From the NCBI GenBank assembly GCA_965235115.1, contig OZ249436.1, positions 36,892,001 through 36,952,000 on the forward strand: a DNA stretch of 60,000 nt. Reading direction: 5' to 3'. This DNA is from Laetmonice hystrix (lineage: Eukaryota). Below are positions 25,630-38,190 of the stretch, piece after piece (the first letter of the stretch is position 1; every line of letters begins with the position of its first letter). Both the position numbers and the translations under genes were made by a program. The notes under the pieces are model-generated. The model ran no database searches, was not told where the DNA came from, and was given only the letters and a program-made list of their open reading frames with translations.

Positions 25630-26944
25630 ACAGTGCGACACTGGCTGCGCTGCTGAAGCCAGTGATTTTCACACGGTTGTCATGTTCGACATATGACTTC
25701 TTTGAATGGGGGGGGGGGGGGGGGGTCATTTATTTCCAACCACTACTGTAAAAGGTGAGTATACATAGAGGCCTTGCAGTGGTCCAAATGTGATTTTTGA
25801 CTAGCCTTTGCCTTTAATGTAAAACAGCTGGCAAAGTTGCCGAAATATAACATTAAGACCAAACAATGAACTGGAAGGATTCCACTATGGAACATATTTC
25901 CCCCAGACCAGTGTCGTCGTAAAAGTAACAGAGCGAGGGAGTTTATATAAACATCTGCAGGTCAACAAACTACTAATTACTGGGTGTAACTCTCATTTGA
26001 ATATGGCCAACACAGTTGGATACCGTCGGGCGGAAACAAACAAACAAAACTATCCTTTACCGGCTGAAATACCCCCTAACTGAGTTTGTCTTTCTATTGA
26101 GCCGGCAAGACTCTACCTACCATACTGCTCATTTGGGACTGTTTTTTTTTCCTGTGGATGGGAAAGGTCGGTTGTTAGGAAGCCACTCCCCTTTAAGTCT
26201 TAAAGTAAAGTCTTTTGTGGAGATGGAACCTTTCATCTACCCTTAATAATTTAAATACATGCTCTCCCTCGTCGCGACTGTGGTAAATTCCTTCAGGAGA
26301 CCGATTGCTTTAAAGGCAAAGCCATATCATTTCACTTAAAAAGTTCTCAGTTTGCTGCAGATTTTGTGATTTCTTAGAAATGGAAATTCCAGGGAATGGT
26401 AACCATAAGTATAAATGATAAACGGGAATCCATATATCATATCTCTTAAAATATAGATTGAAACCATAAATATACTCTTTTGTGGTTGTGGTCGAGTATA
26501 AGCAAAATAGAGTCTGGCTGATCGACGCTATTTTTTAAAATTAATATTATTACATTTATTGACTGCAAAAGGGCGTGTCTGCTTTCCTTCCAGGGTTGGC
26601 AGCACTTCGGTCTCAATGCAGAACATATGATACGAGGGGATAAACTTGCGCAGAACACTGCACAAAGCCCATGATTGTCCAAGGAATCGGGAACCGTCAG
26701 GGGAAACACAATGCTATATTGATGTGTGGAAGCAACTTACGAATATTCTATATTAAATGAAGGCTGTCCTTCTTCTGTGAGTAACGTGCTGATCCTCGGC
26801 TGTCAACTTGTCAAGTTGTCAGCCTATGCCCTGCCATGGCTGGGAAAGTAAAGCTTACACCTTTTAGGATACACTGCGATTCTATTAATTAGGTCGGTTC
26901 GACATGTCGACTTAGCTACCGTAAACCTGCAGCAACGTGCTTAA

Positions 26945-27939
26945 AGCCCCAGTCCCATATACCCACGGATGGACACGGCAGTCCCGGAAAGTGCCGGATC
27001 CCGCCGGATCAAGATCCGGGACGATCCGTGCTCTTTTTGGGGGTTTTGAGCGGTGGCAACACGGCAGCTACACGGACGAACCCGTACAAACACGGACAAA
27101 CACGGCAGCAATCAACACGGCGCCCACACGGATGACCAAGGACCGTCCCGGACATTCACGGCAGAGCGACGGACTAACACGGACCAACACGGCAGAGACA
27201 CGGACAGCCCCGGATAAACACGGACTAACACGGCGTGTACACGAATCATCCCGGACCTACACGGCAGCGACACGGACCAACACGGTCCACCCCGGATGTT
27301 GCCATCTCCCCGGACCGTCACGGAAGAACACGACAGTTTTGAACTACCCAAAACTACGCGGCTACACGGTTCACACGCCGGATCGTGCCGGATGTGATCC
27401 GTGTTGATCCGGCACCTATATGGGACTGGGGCTAAATCCGGCGTGTGAACCGTGTAGCCGCTGTGTAGCTCCGCGGCGATCCCTGTTGGTCCTGAAACGT
27501 CCGGGAATGTCCTTGGGGCTCCGGGAGGCCAACACGGCAGTTTTGGGAAGTTCAAAACTGTCGTGTCCTTTCGTGACGGTCCGGGGAGATGGCAACATCC
27601 GGGGTCGACCGTGTTGGTCCGTGTCGCTGCCGTGTAGGTCCAGGATGGTCCGTGTACAGGCCGTGTTAGTCCGTGTTTATCCGGGGCTGTCCGTGTCTCT
27701 GCCGTGTTGGTCCGTGTTAGTCCGTCGTTCTGCCGGGACGGTCCTTGGTCATCCGTGTGGGCGCCGTGTTGATTGCTGCCGTGTTTGTCCGTGTTTGTAC
27801 GGGTTCGTCCGTGTAGCTGCCGTGTTGCCACCGCTCAAAAACCCCAAAAAGAGCACGGATGGTGCCGGATCTTGATCCGGCGGGATCCGGCACTTTCCGG
27901 GACTGCCGTGTCCATCCGTGCGTATATGGGACTGGGGCT
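26945..27939. mobile_element. Two inverted copies of a CACGG-rich Harbinger-like MITE forming a 1-kb palindrome
   Basis: TAA|AGCCCCAGTCCCATATA ... TATATGGGACTGGGGCT|TAA, plus an internal terminus ending at 27433. Confidence 0.85.
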
Positions 27940-27942
27940 TAA

Positions 27943-28842
27943 AGCCCCCGTCACACTTTCCCGGATCAAGCGACGGTTTGGAATGATCCGTAGCGCACGG
28001 CGATCCGGCAGCTTCCGTGACCTGGAAGGGCGATGGTGCGTGAAACTCCGTATCCAGAACGGGTTGATACGGGTTGACACGGCTTCAGTAGGGGTTACTA
28101 CGACATTGTTACGGGTTGAGAAGGATTGTTACGAATAGCTTCCCGGGGCTACTCCGTATAGGTACGGCTTACTATGGCTCACTACGGCTCTCTTACGGGT
28201 TGATGCGGTTCCACTACGGATTACTACGGGCTGTTACGTATCTCCGACGGGTTATTACGGATTGAACAGGTTGGGGTGCTCGCCAATATATAGGCGAGCG
28301 TCACCACATGACACACGCGTTGGCCACCTTGATTTGAAGCAGCCCGTAGCAAGCCATACCAACCCGTCACAATACGTAGGGTACCACCGTAGCACACCGT
28401 ATCAACCCGTAGTGGATACGTACCAATACTTTGTGTGATCCGTTCCTATACCTACCAATACTTACCTATACGTACCAACCCGGGAAGGATACCTAACAAC
28501 ACGTAGTGGATCCATCACCGATCACGTGATCACGGCTTACTAGGGAAACGCGAAGTGTCCACTTAGGGTTGCTACGTATCGTCTACGGGTTACTACTGGT
28601 CATCTACGGGTTGCTACGGATCCGCTACGGCGATTTTATCCGTGGTCGAAATCGAAAAAGTTTTGAACATGTTCAAAACTTTTCCACGGATCGAAAGACC
28701 GCTACGAATCGGTACGGGTTGCCACGGGTAGCTACGGAACATCCCGGATCACGCCGGATCGGACCACGGATCATGCCGGATGCGCCCGTAGCCCCGATCC
28801 GGCAAGACCCGGCGCGCGATCCGGGAAAGTGTGACGGGGGCT
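27943..28842. mobile_element. Harbinger-like MITE, 900 bp, TAA TSD
   Basis: TAA|AGCCCCCGTCACACTTTCCCGGATC ... GATCCGGGAAAGTGTGACGGGGGCT|TAA, 25-bp perfect TIR; TACGG-rich interior. Confidence 0.9.
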
Positions 28843-29291
28843 TAAGGCGTGCCCACCATTCTTGATGAATGTTTTGATCCATTCTCATGTCACACATTTC
28901 AAGGTGATTGAAAAATAAATAAATCTTTGAACCAATCTTCTTTCCATAGTCGCCCAGAACAGTGAAGGATAGTCAGTAGGTCGAATTTCTGTCTTAAAGG
29001 CACCCTTGGTCGAGCACGGATTGGCTTTTCTCCTATCTGACAGTATAGAGCGACCCTAAATATAAATGCTTACGGGTGACATCGGGCTGACAGATGTCTT
29101 TTCACTGCGTATGCGGTAAAAGAAGATTGATTTGATGCGCACCGTTTCATATTCTGATAAGCAGGCCATCTGACTCTCCCATGATTCCCCGCAACTTGTC
29201 GCGTTATGTACACCAGCATATCAAATACATAGAAAACACGCGCACGTGAGCTTTCTTCCAATCACTGCATGCATGGCCACGGTCAGAACTA

Positions 29292-29598
29292 CGGAGCCCT
29301 GTTGGGGACATGAAGTCGTTATTACGAGTTAATCGCGTTCGTTTCAGAGAAAAAAGAATTGTGGTAATTTCGAAATTACCACCTAGTGACGTCATTAACT
29401 CGTTATTACGACTTAATGACGTCACTACGTCGTTATTACGAGTTAATCGCGTTCGTTTCAGAGAAAACAATTGTGGTGATTTCGAAATTACCACTTAGTG
29501 ACGTCATTAACTCGTTATTACGACTTAATGACGTCACTAAGTCGTAATTTCGAGATCACCACAAGAAATTTTCTCTTCATGTCCCCAACAGGGCTCCG
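29292..29598. mobile_element. MITE with 24-bp TIR, probable TA TSD and an internal tandem duplication of about 113 bp
   Basis: TA|CGGAGCCCTGTTGGGGACATGAAG ... CTTCATGTCCCCAACAGGGCTCCG|CA. Confidence 0.85.
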
Positions 29599-29859
29599 CA
29601 CCGTACAGACAACTGGTCGCGGAAAAAAATCTATTCGGCAAAGTCAGCAGGACGAGATCCCCCCCCCCGACCTAGGGCGTTAATACAAGCGTAGATCCTT
29701 CGCATGATCGTGTATAATACCAGCATGCCAGCATTGGCGATCTTCATTTGGTCAATTTGTGGCCAATCGATCTGCCACTCGAGTCGAAACAACTGCAACT
29801 CCCACTTCATGAGCTCGTGTCATTAGGTCCTACAAACTAGCACAACTTTACTGTCAAAT

Positions 29860-31100
29860 CCATTATATAGGATATAAGTTACCAAGTGTATCTGATAGGC
29901 CAAAACCTCCTCTTTCCAATGGTGTGTCAATCTCCTCAATCGAGTCAGAGTTGACCGAATTATTATTGTTTTCCTTCCACAACCAGAATTCAGCCTGAGA
30001 CCAAGTTAATCGGTACGAAAATCTGTGGATAAGATGCAATTGGAACAAACGGTGAAGGCGAAATCCAGATTTTCGATACTCAATTTTATTCATCAAAATT
30101 GCTTATCTAACATTGATTTCGTCTTCCCCGTTTGTTCCAATTGCATCGCATGCACTGATTTTCGTAGGCCTACTTATTGACTTGGTCCCAGACTCCCTAC
30201 GCCCAACCAACGCATGTTTAGAATTGGAAGAATACCCCGCCCCCCGCTTCCGGAGTCATTGCCGATGTCTGTGGGCGTTGAATGTTTGTCTGGGACTCAA
30301 GAGGCCCTTTCATGTACACGTTTCCATTGCCTGGTGCCATTTAACGGTTCCGTTTTGAGAAACCGTACAATATATTCTTTTTTCCAATTCGAACGTTTCA
30401 ATTTCGCCTGATATCGAGATAATTTTCGATGAGTCTGCCTTTTCATTCTATGTGAACGCGAGCTATATCGTGTCTATAAAATATAGTGGTATCACATTTA
30501 TGTAATGATGGACCACCCTATGTGTGCTGTGCCGGATAGCTAAACAAAGACGGCACGGATGTGGCAGGTGCGACGCAAATAACACAGAGGACCGACAGGA
30601 AGAATGCCAGCCCAATGGAACACTAGTAAAGCGGAAGGAAAAGTTAGGGTATGCATGACATAGCGGCATCGGACGGTTGTCAATATATAAGTACGTGACG
30701 GTTAAACGTCAGCTGTGACCTCGAGGGTACAGAAAGAATCGGCCACTTTATTGATGATATGTCCTATCAACAGGCTTTCTGAAGTGAACCATTTTCAGAT
30801 TGAATATGGCCGCTATCCAAGCCTACCAAGTAAATGTGAGAATACCCAGGCGCCTTAAAAAACTCATTTACTTTCTGTGTGTTTAATCAATTTGTTCGAC
30901 CCCATCGCTTTATAGGGAGAAATGTCATGTTGGCGGGACAGATGAAAGCCACCTTCTGGGAGTAGTGAAGCGAAGTAAGCTCTAATTAGTCAAACAGGGA
31001 CTGAGATACAGACCAGATAACACGCGAAGTACCCTGAAGATTGCTTGGAGGAGATCCCTTAGAGCATTAGTGTCACTCAAGCGCAACCTCGAACAACCCA
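29860..31100 (-). pseudogene. Possible ancient L1/Tx1-type RT relic
   Basis: Colinear faint motifs: FRKPVDRTYH (cf. FEKAFDRV), VPLGWHSS..VLFA (cf. QGCPLSPLLF), WLWK..PLERGGFGLSD (cf. FLW..GGLGLPD). Confidence 0.35.
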
Positions 31101-33383
31101 ACCGTTCTCGTGCACGGCAGAGTTAATTGTCATCTTAGACTTCACCTTTAGTACTCCGAGTGGTTCGCTTTAATACGAGAGAAGTTGACGACACCTTGAG
31201 TCTACGGTGACGGACACATTGTCCTTGGAAAGCTGCACGGTAATCTGGAACCAACATACTTAGTCCTATATTCGAAATTGTTCCCGGAAAAGATGTATAC
31301 TGTTGCCCCTTCCAAGTGATCTGCAACTGGGTTCTCATTTTGGCTTTGACCTGTCCCATTGGTGGTGGCCAAATTCCGACATTCTACACGTTTTATGGTG
31401 GTAAGAAATACTGCAATTATGTATGAGTTCACATTTTAGATACCTGTTTATATATGCGTGCATTCTTGAATATACAGCCAATTTAACCATACATTTTCAG
31501 AATCGGCCTGCAGGCCTACTGCATGGTTACATCCCTTGAGACCATATCCCTATTCACACAGAAATATCCCTGGTTTGAATATTTCACGATAAAAGGACTC
31601 GCATCCTCAAAGGGAGGGCATATAAAAGAACGCTTGCCAGTTTGCCGCTAAAAATGTAAAGTATTACCTCCCGGTGACATATTTCTCTCTGTCTTCATCG
31701 TCAGCATCACCCCCAGAGACCCGCGAGGAACAATAGCCCATGCACCCCCACCCAGAGACCCGCGGGAAACAATAGCCCATGCAACCCCCCCCCCCACCCC
31801 CAGACTAAACAATCTCAATATATGCTCCCGGCCTGAATATGGCTGACACACGGCCAGCATGGCGCAAAACCACTAATTCACTCACCAAATCACTCTCTCC
31901 CTCTTTCTCTCTCCATATCGTTCCCTAAAATCCTGAAATGCACCTGTAAAAAGAACGATTTTCTTCACTGTGCCATCATCAAGCCAATGCCCACACGGGC
32001 TAGCCACTTAGGGCGCATTACGCCTTGTTGTGACACGGCAACATGAACTGGTCGGCCAAACCCTCCCTGTGATCTGGCGGGTATTCCACCAAATTGTGGT
32101 CCTCCATTGACCTCAGCGGGCGCAATGATTTGTAAACGGACCATCTGTCATACCCGAACGTCATAGGTGGCATGAAATGGCATCGCAGGCCATCCTAGTT
32201 TCTTTCTGAGGGGGGTTTCCTGAATATGCAATCCAATAAGGGAACAACGCCGCATATATATACAAAAAGGACTAGCGTTCCAACCTGCGACTTGTGCTAC
32301 GGGGGTCGCCATTGGAGGCCATAATGGCTTCAGGGCGACACATCCAATGGCGAGACCGAACTCTGCTCCTCTGCCGAGGAGGCATGTGGCTACAACGTCA
32401 TGAATAATAAATTGTCTCCTGACAAACGCAGGACAACAAATAGCGCCGGTTGTGGCGCGGAAAGTGGTATGGGGTGACGTAGTTTGGTGAAGAACATATT
32501 ACCTGCAGGCACTGCAGCAACAGTTACTGGAGACCCCCCCCCCCCCCCAATTGAAATGGTCTTAATTTCCCAAGAGCGCGGGAGAAAGTTCATATAATAT
32601 ATTGAGTTGAGCAGTAAACTAAGACATGCAACTAAACGGAGTCTTTGTGTGAATTTTGAACGGTATTAACATAATGAAAACACAGCGGAGGACGTTATGT
32701 CACAGGGAATGTGGGAAGCCGAAACGTCCTCTGCCCTGTCTTACTCCTTCACATGTAGAATATTCATGTTAACGTTGAGCAAGGGTATTGGATTGTCTTA
32801 CTGATACACATATGTGTGGCCTCACAGAACCACCGACCGCCAATCCACTGGCTAGGGTCACTCAGATATTCGGCTAACGGCCTTGGCTAGGTAGTAAAAC
32901 AAAGTTTTAGTGTTAACCTAGTGCCTCAAAGTTCAAGGGTACCACATAGTCCGCTATAAAATGAGCATATACCTTTCACTGCCTGTCATCCAGCTGAAAG
33001 GGCAGTTTGTCGTATGGTTCATATCACTTAGCAATACCAATTTCAGGTGCTGGAGATATGAAGATTATGCGCGTTTTCTCCATCTTTATTGGTCGTTCCA
33101 CAGCCTAGACGTGGGCAGCGAGTGGCCGCATTTTCGGAGACACCATAGGTCACTGTTGATTGAATGCGGAGTTGAACTTTGTATGACGTATATCATCTGA
33201 ATCTCTTAGGATGGAAGGTCCCTGGTTTTAGAATTGAATTAGATCTTGGCATATATCCATGACGATGTCGCTTCGGGCATTCACGAGAATACTATACAAG
33301 CAGCATAGGTGTACAGTTATGCTAGCTGCTTATACATGTACATAATATGTTTAAAAAAGGTGACGTCCCGAAATGCTGTGGTT

Positions 33384-33522
33384 GCAGTAATTTCCACCAG
33401 ACGCGCGCGCGGCATGATGTCTGCGCCCACATTACTGAAATCGGGTAAGCTATTTCTACTTTTGACGCGAGCGCACGCCCAAAACAAATCACTCGCTCTC
33501 GTCCGGTAGAAATCGCGCATAA
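33384..33522. mobile_element. Partial MITE related to 34623-34784
   Basis: Shares GCAGTAATTTCCACCAGAC..GCATGATGT and CTACTTTTGACGCGAGCGC blocks. Confidence 0.6.
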
Positions 33523-34622
33523 CACGGGTACCCGCCGCTTTAAATTTCTGTAACATTAATCAGAGTAGCGTAACGCCATACTTTAGTTGGCCAGATTTCC
33601 TTAGATTGCATGGCTACACATTCAAACATGGAATCCGAACTGTGTTCACTGTTCATCCGAAAGAGCTTATTTGGACATATCCCGAACACGATCGTCACCC
33701 ACAGGAGGAACTAACCTCCTCCGACGTAAAGTTACACAGGAATAATCAAGAGATGGCGCTGCAAACGGTTCCATCAAAGCCCGGAAGCGGTATGTCCAAG
33801 TTGCTGGTAGATTGAACCGCCCGGACCTGTGTCTATAGAAGGTTATTATACCCACCACTGGCTTGCTGTTCGTAGGAGGGCGATAAATGGGGATGGTCGG
33901 GTGGCGATGTGCTTTAGGGTCAGTAGGTCATCTGTATGGTTCCTGTGCTTCTTTTTCGCTTCATCTTCTTTCTTTTACCATAGATTCAGCCCGTCTGACG
34001 ATGCACGAAGATTATAACAAGTGGCTGACATACGTCTGCCATCCATTGTGGGTATATCTAAAGTAGTCAACATTCTCCTGTCCGCAGCCTTCAGTGGATC
34101 TGATTTCAGATATGAAACACTCTTCCTTTTTCTCCCTTCTCGTTATCCTGATAGAGCGCAATATATACAGCCATCTCTCTTGTTATGAATGTTGTAGTTT
34201 TTTTTATAGTTATAGCGTAATCTAATACCTCAGCGTCATATTTAACGTTGCTGTTGAATTTCATAAAAAGCTAACGGTATCCTTTAAAACCCGCACTTTA
34301 GAGCATCTGTGTGAACACTTGTATGCTCAGCTTTAAAAATAATGAACTCCAACACGAGAGGGGGAGGGGGCTCTAATTTCCCCTACTACTAATAGAGGGA
34401 TCAGGAATATATGCGATCCTCATAGATTTGCTTTCGTAAGCTGCGAGAAAAGGGGGCGAGGGCTGGTGGGGTGAATCGCTTTGTTTGACTGAGCATTATA
34501 AAATAACCATTTTTTAAAAAATAACTACGGAATTTCCTCCCGGTGACAGGAATGATTTTCACTTAACCCTTACACGTTTGACTGGGTTGCTCTGGCCCTG
34601 AATGTGGCTTTACAGGGTTTAA

Positions 34623-34784
34623 TGCCCGATTTCCACCGGACGCGAGCGAGCGGTTTGTTTCGGTGCGCGCGCTCGCGTCAAAAGTAGAAATAATGCATTG
34701 CAGTAATTTCCACCAGACACCCGCGCAGCATGATGTGCGCGCACCAAAAGAAATCGCTTGCTCGCGTCCGGAGAAAATTGGGCA
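34623..34784. mobile_element. Harbinger-like MITE, 162 bp, TAA TSD
   Basis: TAA|TGCCCGATTTCCACCGGACGCGAGC ... GCTCGCGTCCGGAGAAAATTGGGCA|TAA. Confidence 0.8.
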
Positions 34785-35059
34785 TAAATCCCCAATTCTT
34801 GCACTCACTCGCTCTCACACTCTGAGTGGTCGGTGGGGCAGATGATAGCAAACCATTGGAACCGTACAGAGATGGTACTTAATTCTTGAGGTGAAACACA
34901 GTCATGGCCCAAATAATATTATGCATGCATTTCAGTTTTTATTGAGCAACAGTTGCCCCTATATAGTAGTAGAGTTCGGCATATTCTTAAATGCAGCTCA
35001 CATGCTTCCAAGCGATTCCAGCGATGTAATACTGCTATGTACAGTGTAAGCCAGTATAT

Positions 35060-35200
35060 CTGTGCCCAAATTAGCAGTAATATAGAGGCGCCCAAAGGTT
35101 CCATTCTGTTTCTAATTTTGCTTTTAATCTATATAAATGATTCATCATCAGTAATGAACACAGCGGAAACATACATGTAGGCAAGGACAATCTGTCGTCG
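35060..35200 (+). pseudogene. Short CR1/L2-type RT fragment
   Basis: APKGSILFLILLLIYINDS..TYM*A resembles VPQGSILGPLLFLIYINDL..LYADD. Confidence 0.55.
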
Positions 35201-35699
35201 AACATAGTTATTCTACGTAACAGTTGAGGATAAAATGTGACTGTAGTATATCGATATTAGAGAGTTTGCATGTCAGTCTTTCTTGAAATTTGAAATAATA
35301 GATATTCCTTATAAATCTGATGATATACTGCTCTGGTCCTTAATTCCATTATTTTAGTCATCTGTGGTACTGTCGTAGCCAAGGACAAATGCATTGCTCC
35401 ACGGAAAGAGGCAAGGTAAGGGTCAGCTGAGGTACTGGGAAGCCCATGAATAGGCAATGTTTTCAGGCAGTCTACGGGTCAGTCCATCTCTGCCTGTTGA
35501 AGATAGGTCGGTCGCTGGTGAGTGGACCAACCAGCGGGAGGTGATGGGCACGACAGTTTACCAAAATGATGAGGTGTTTTCTCACGCTGCAGTAGATCAT
35601 CGAGGCGTTCATGCCCTAAAAGTCACCTTTTCATGTAGTAATGTATTGTTGTAAGCCCTATTATTCTCCAAGTGTAACCCTCAAAACATAAATATTTAG

Positions 35700-35843
35700 A
35701 AGAAAGAATCATCTCTCACTTTAACCTAATCACCCCTTGAGAGTTGGGGTAAAATAGGTCCCTTGACTGTATTAAATGGCTCTTATATCGCCCTGATTAT
35801 GACTGACATATTGTAGACAGGGCGTAAACCCTCTAATTCACTG
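35700..35843 (+). mobile_element. SINE-like 3' region
   Basis: Similar to 36809-36950 and to the tails at 6687 and 50358. Confidence 0.6.
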
Positions 35844-36808
35844 AACCAAGCCTGAATCGATTGAAGTATTGTTTCAAAGTACAGACAAAACATTGGAGCT
35901 ATTTTACCCATATAATGTATACAGTACGATGTATATAACGTATAATCTCAAGATTAGTGATTGCTTTCTTGTGATTTTGTCTACACAAATAATAGTAAGT
36001 GTGGCGTTTCAGTTTTTATTGAGCAGGAGTTGAGCCTATAGTAGTTCGGTATTATTCTAAAATGCAGCTCACAGGCTTCCAAAACACTGATTGTAGCTCC
36101 TTAACACGCCTATAAATTCAGGCGCAGGAAAATGTGCTAGAACAACCCGATAATGTAATATCGATTGCCTGAACGGAAACGGAAACATCTTATCCAAAGA
36201 GTCGGACAATGTTGTGTAAAGCACACTATACATTTTGTGCACAAATCAGTATGGTGGTTCCGAATGCAAATATTCACCTTCGACGCAATTACTTTGTCCA
36301 AACTGGCAAACTGAAAGTGGCCACCATAATACTGTGTCACAAATCCGGAGCAAGATGCAAATTTGAAAAGCCATCGCCATACTGCCTCCATTCTCCAAAT
36401 TATTTGGGACGGTCTATGTAGGTCGTCGTGGAAGGTATTTGGCACGTCACTCCATAATAAATGACCATCAGTTTGACTTCAGAAACTATCATTCCATTAG
36501 TTAATGGTAAGCTAGATATTAAATATTAGATATTAAATGAAAAGCTAAAAACGACAGTATCCGATGTATACAGAATATATGGATAAAGAAATAATATTAT
36601 CAGTAACAAAACAAAGTTTATATAGATAAAACAACGAATGACACAAGAATAAAGACAGGAATCCATGTGTACGTAGTGTGGGCGTGATGCGTAATGCATA
36701 GTGCGTATTCATCAAAATCAATGAAAACAAGTTGCAGTGATTCCATGTGTGCATAGTGCGTAATAAACGTAAGTGCATAAAATACTTCTCGAATATACTG
36801 AATACTAT

Positions 36809-36950
36809 AAGAAAGAATCATTTCTCACTTCAGCCTCATCACTCCCTGACAGTTGGGGTAAAAATTCACTGAATTAAATGATTCTTATATCGCCCTGATT
36901 ATGGCTGACTTATTGTCGACAGGGCATACAATCTCTAATTCACTCACTCA
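36809..36950 (+). mobile_element. SINE-like 3' region ending in CACTCACTCA
   Basis: Similar to 35700-35843. Confidence 0.6.
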
Positions 36951-37419
36951 CATTTCAGCGTATGAAAGAAACTGACAAAAAGAGCAGAGCGGGAGGAGAC
37001 TTCCCCGAGGTCCAAGCCTAAGTAATAGGGCCTCTGTTGTACTGTCTAGTGTGCCGGTTTCTTCTTTATCATCTCATCATCACCGGAGAGAAATAATGAA
37101 AAAAGGGACTTGTTCCCGACAGGATGTAAAAACTACCCAAGTCCACCATCACCACCACATGTTCCAATGGGAAACAAGCCCAGAACAAGGTTTGATGACT
37201 TTTGTAATTTCAACCGCGTGCCGAGCCAGGATGTTCCCTACCTGAAGAAAGGCACACGACTGCCTGTTGATTACACATTGTTGGGAGGGATGAAAAAAAG
37301 ATAGTTTGTGTGAGAAAGCACGTACCACTTCACCGGAGTTCCCTTGTGTAATTAAAGAATGTCTAGTCATACTGAAGATACGGCGTGACAGTGAAACTCA
37401 CACCGATGATGAAGTTGCA

Positions 37420-38190
37420 AATCAAGTAGCCCCCCGAGAGCGTGTTTTGACCTTAACGGTAAATGACAAATTATTTGGCAACATGAAAACACCTCCTTAA
37501 TTCAAGCATTTTGTGTTGGGGACGCAATCCCTTATGTAAATACAATCAGAATTGCCCAGTGATTGCGTTACGAATTCGATTGAAGGTTGTCCTTGAGCTA
37601 TGATGGTTCTTGGATCAAACCCCTGCCAAGCAACTAGACGAGCGTGCGTACAAATGAGAGCAGGGACATTCGAACTGAACAACACCCATCTCCAATAGAT
37701 CGGATCGGGCGTTCTTTTCTACCAACATTCGCACGACACCCGACTTCTTGCCATCGCTGCTTCGCCTTAAAATTGAACAGGAACATCGTTGGAAATCTCC
37801 TCTCTGCGTGATTCGGCTATCCTGCTCGGCATAGAATCTATCAGCAGTTCCATTTGACACCAACGTATCACGGTGGGCATATCAAGAGCAAGCCCCATTT
37901 CATCTAGGAAGGTTTTAATGTAGGTGATGTATTGGCAGGCCAAGACGTAGACAGAATGCGATGGGAATAGCATTCAATAAGGGGATTCCCTAGTGGAAAG
38001 ACTAGGTATCGTGTATCATTTGATTGATGCTTTATCATTCCTGGCCGGGAGGTCTAATCGCCAACCTCTCTTGACTGAAGCTGGCAGTAAACCATCGACA
38101 TGGAAAAAGCTGTCCTGAATGCCAGGCCAGCGTAGCAAGGTATCATCGTAATGAGGTCGCTTCGACGACTCTCTCTGAGGTAGGAATTAA
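37420..38190 (-). pseudogene. Probable degenerate Gypsy pol (RT to RNase H) relic
   Basis: Colinear YDDTLLRWPGIQDSFF, YITYIKTFLD (cf. NITDIRSFLG) and QFECPCS..SSCLAG segments in shifting frames. Confidence 0.45.

Noticed and set aside
26937..28138. ORFs of 120-239 aa
   Set aside because: They lie within GC-rich palindromic MITEs and mirror each other on both strands
36137..36445. CR1-like post-RT segment (DDLHR..WLFKF)
   Set aside because: Weak similarity only; would need a profile search
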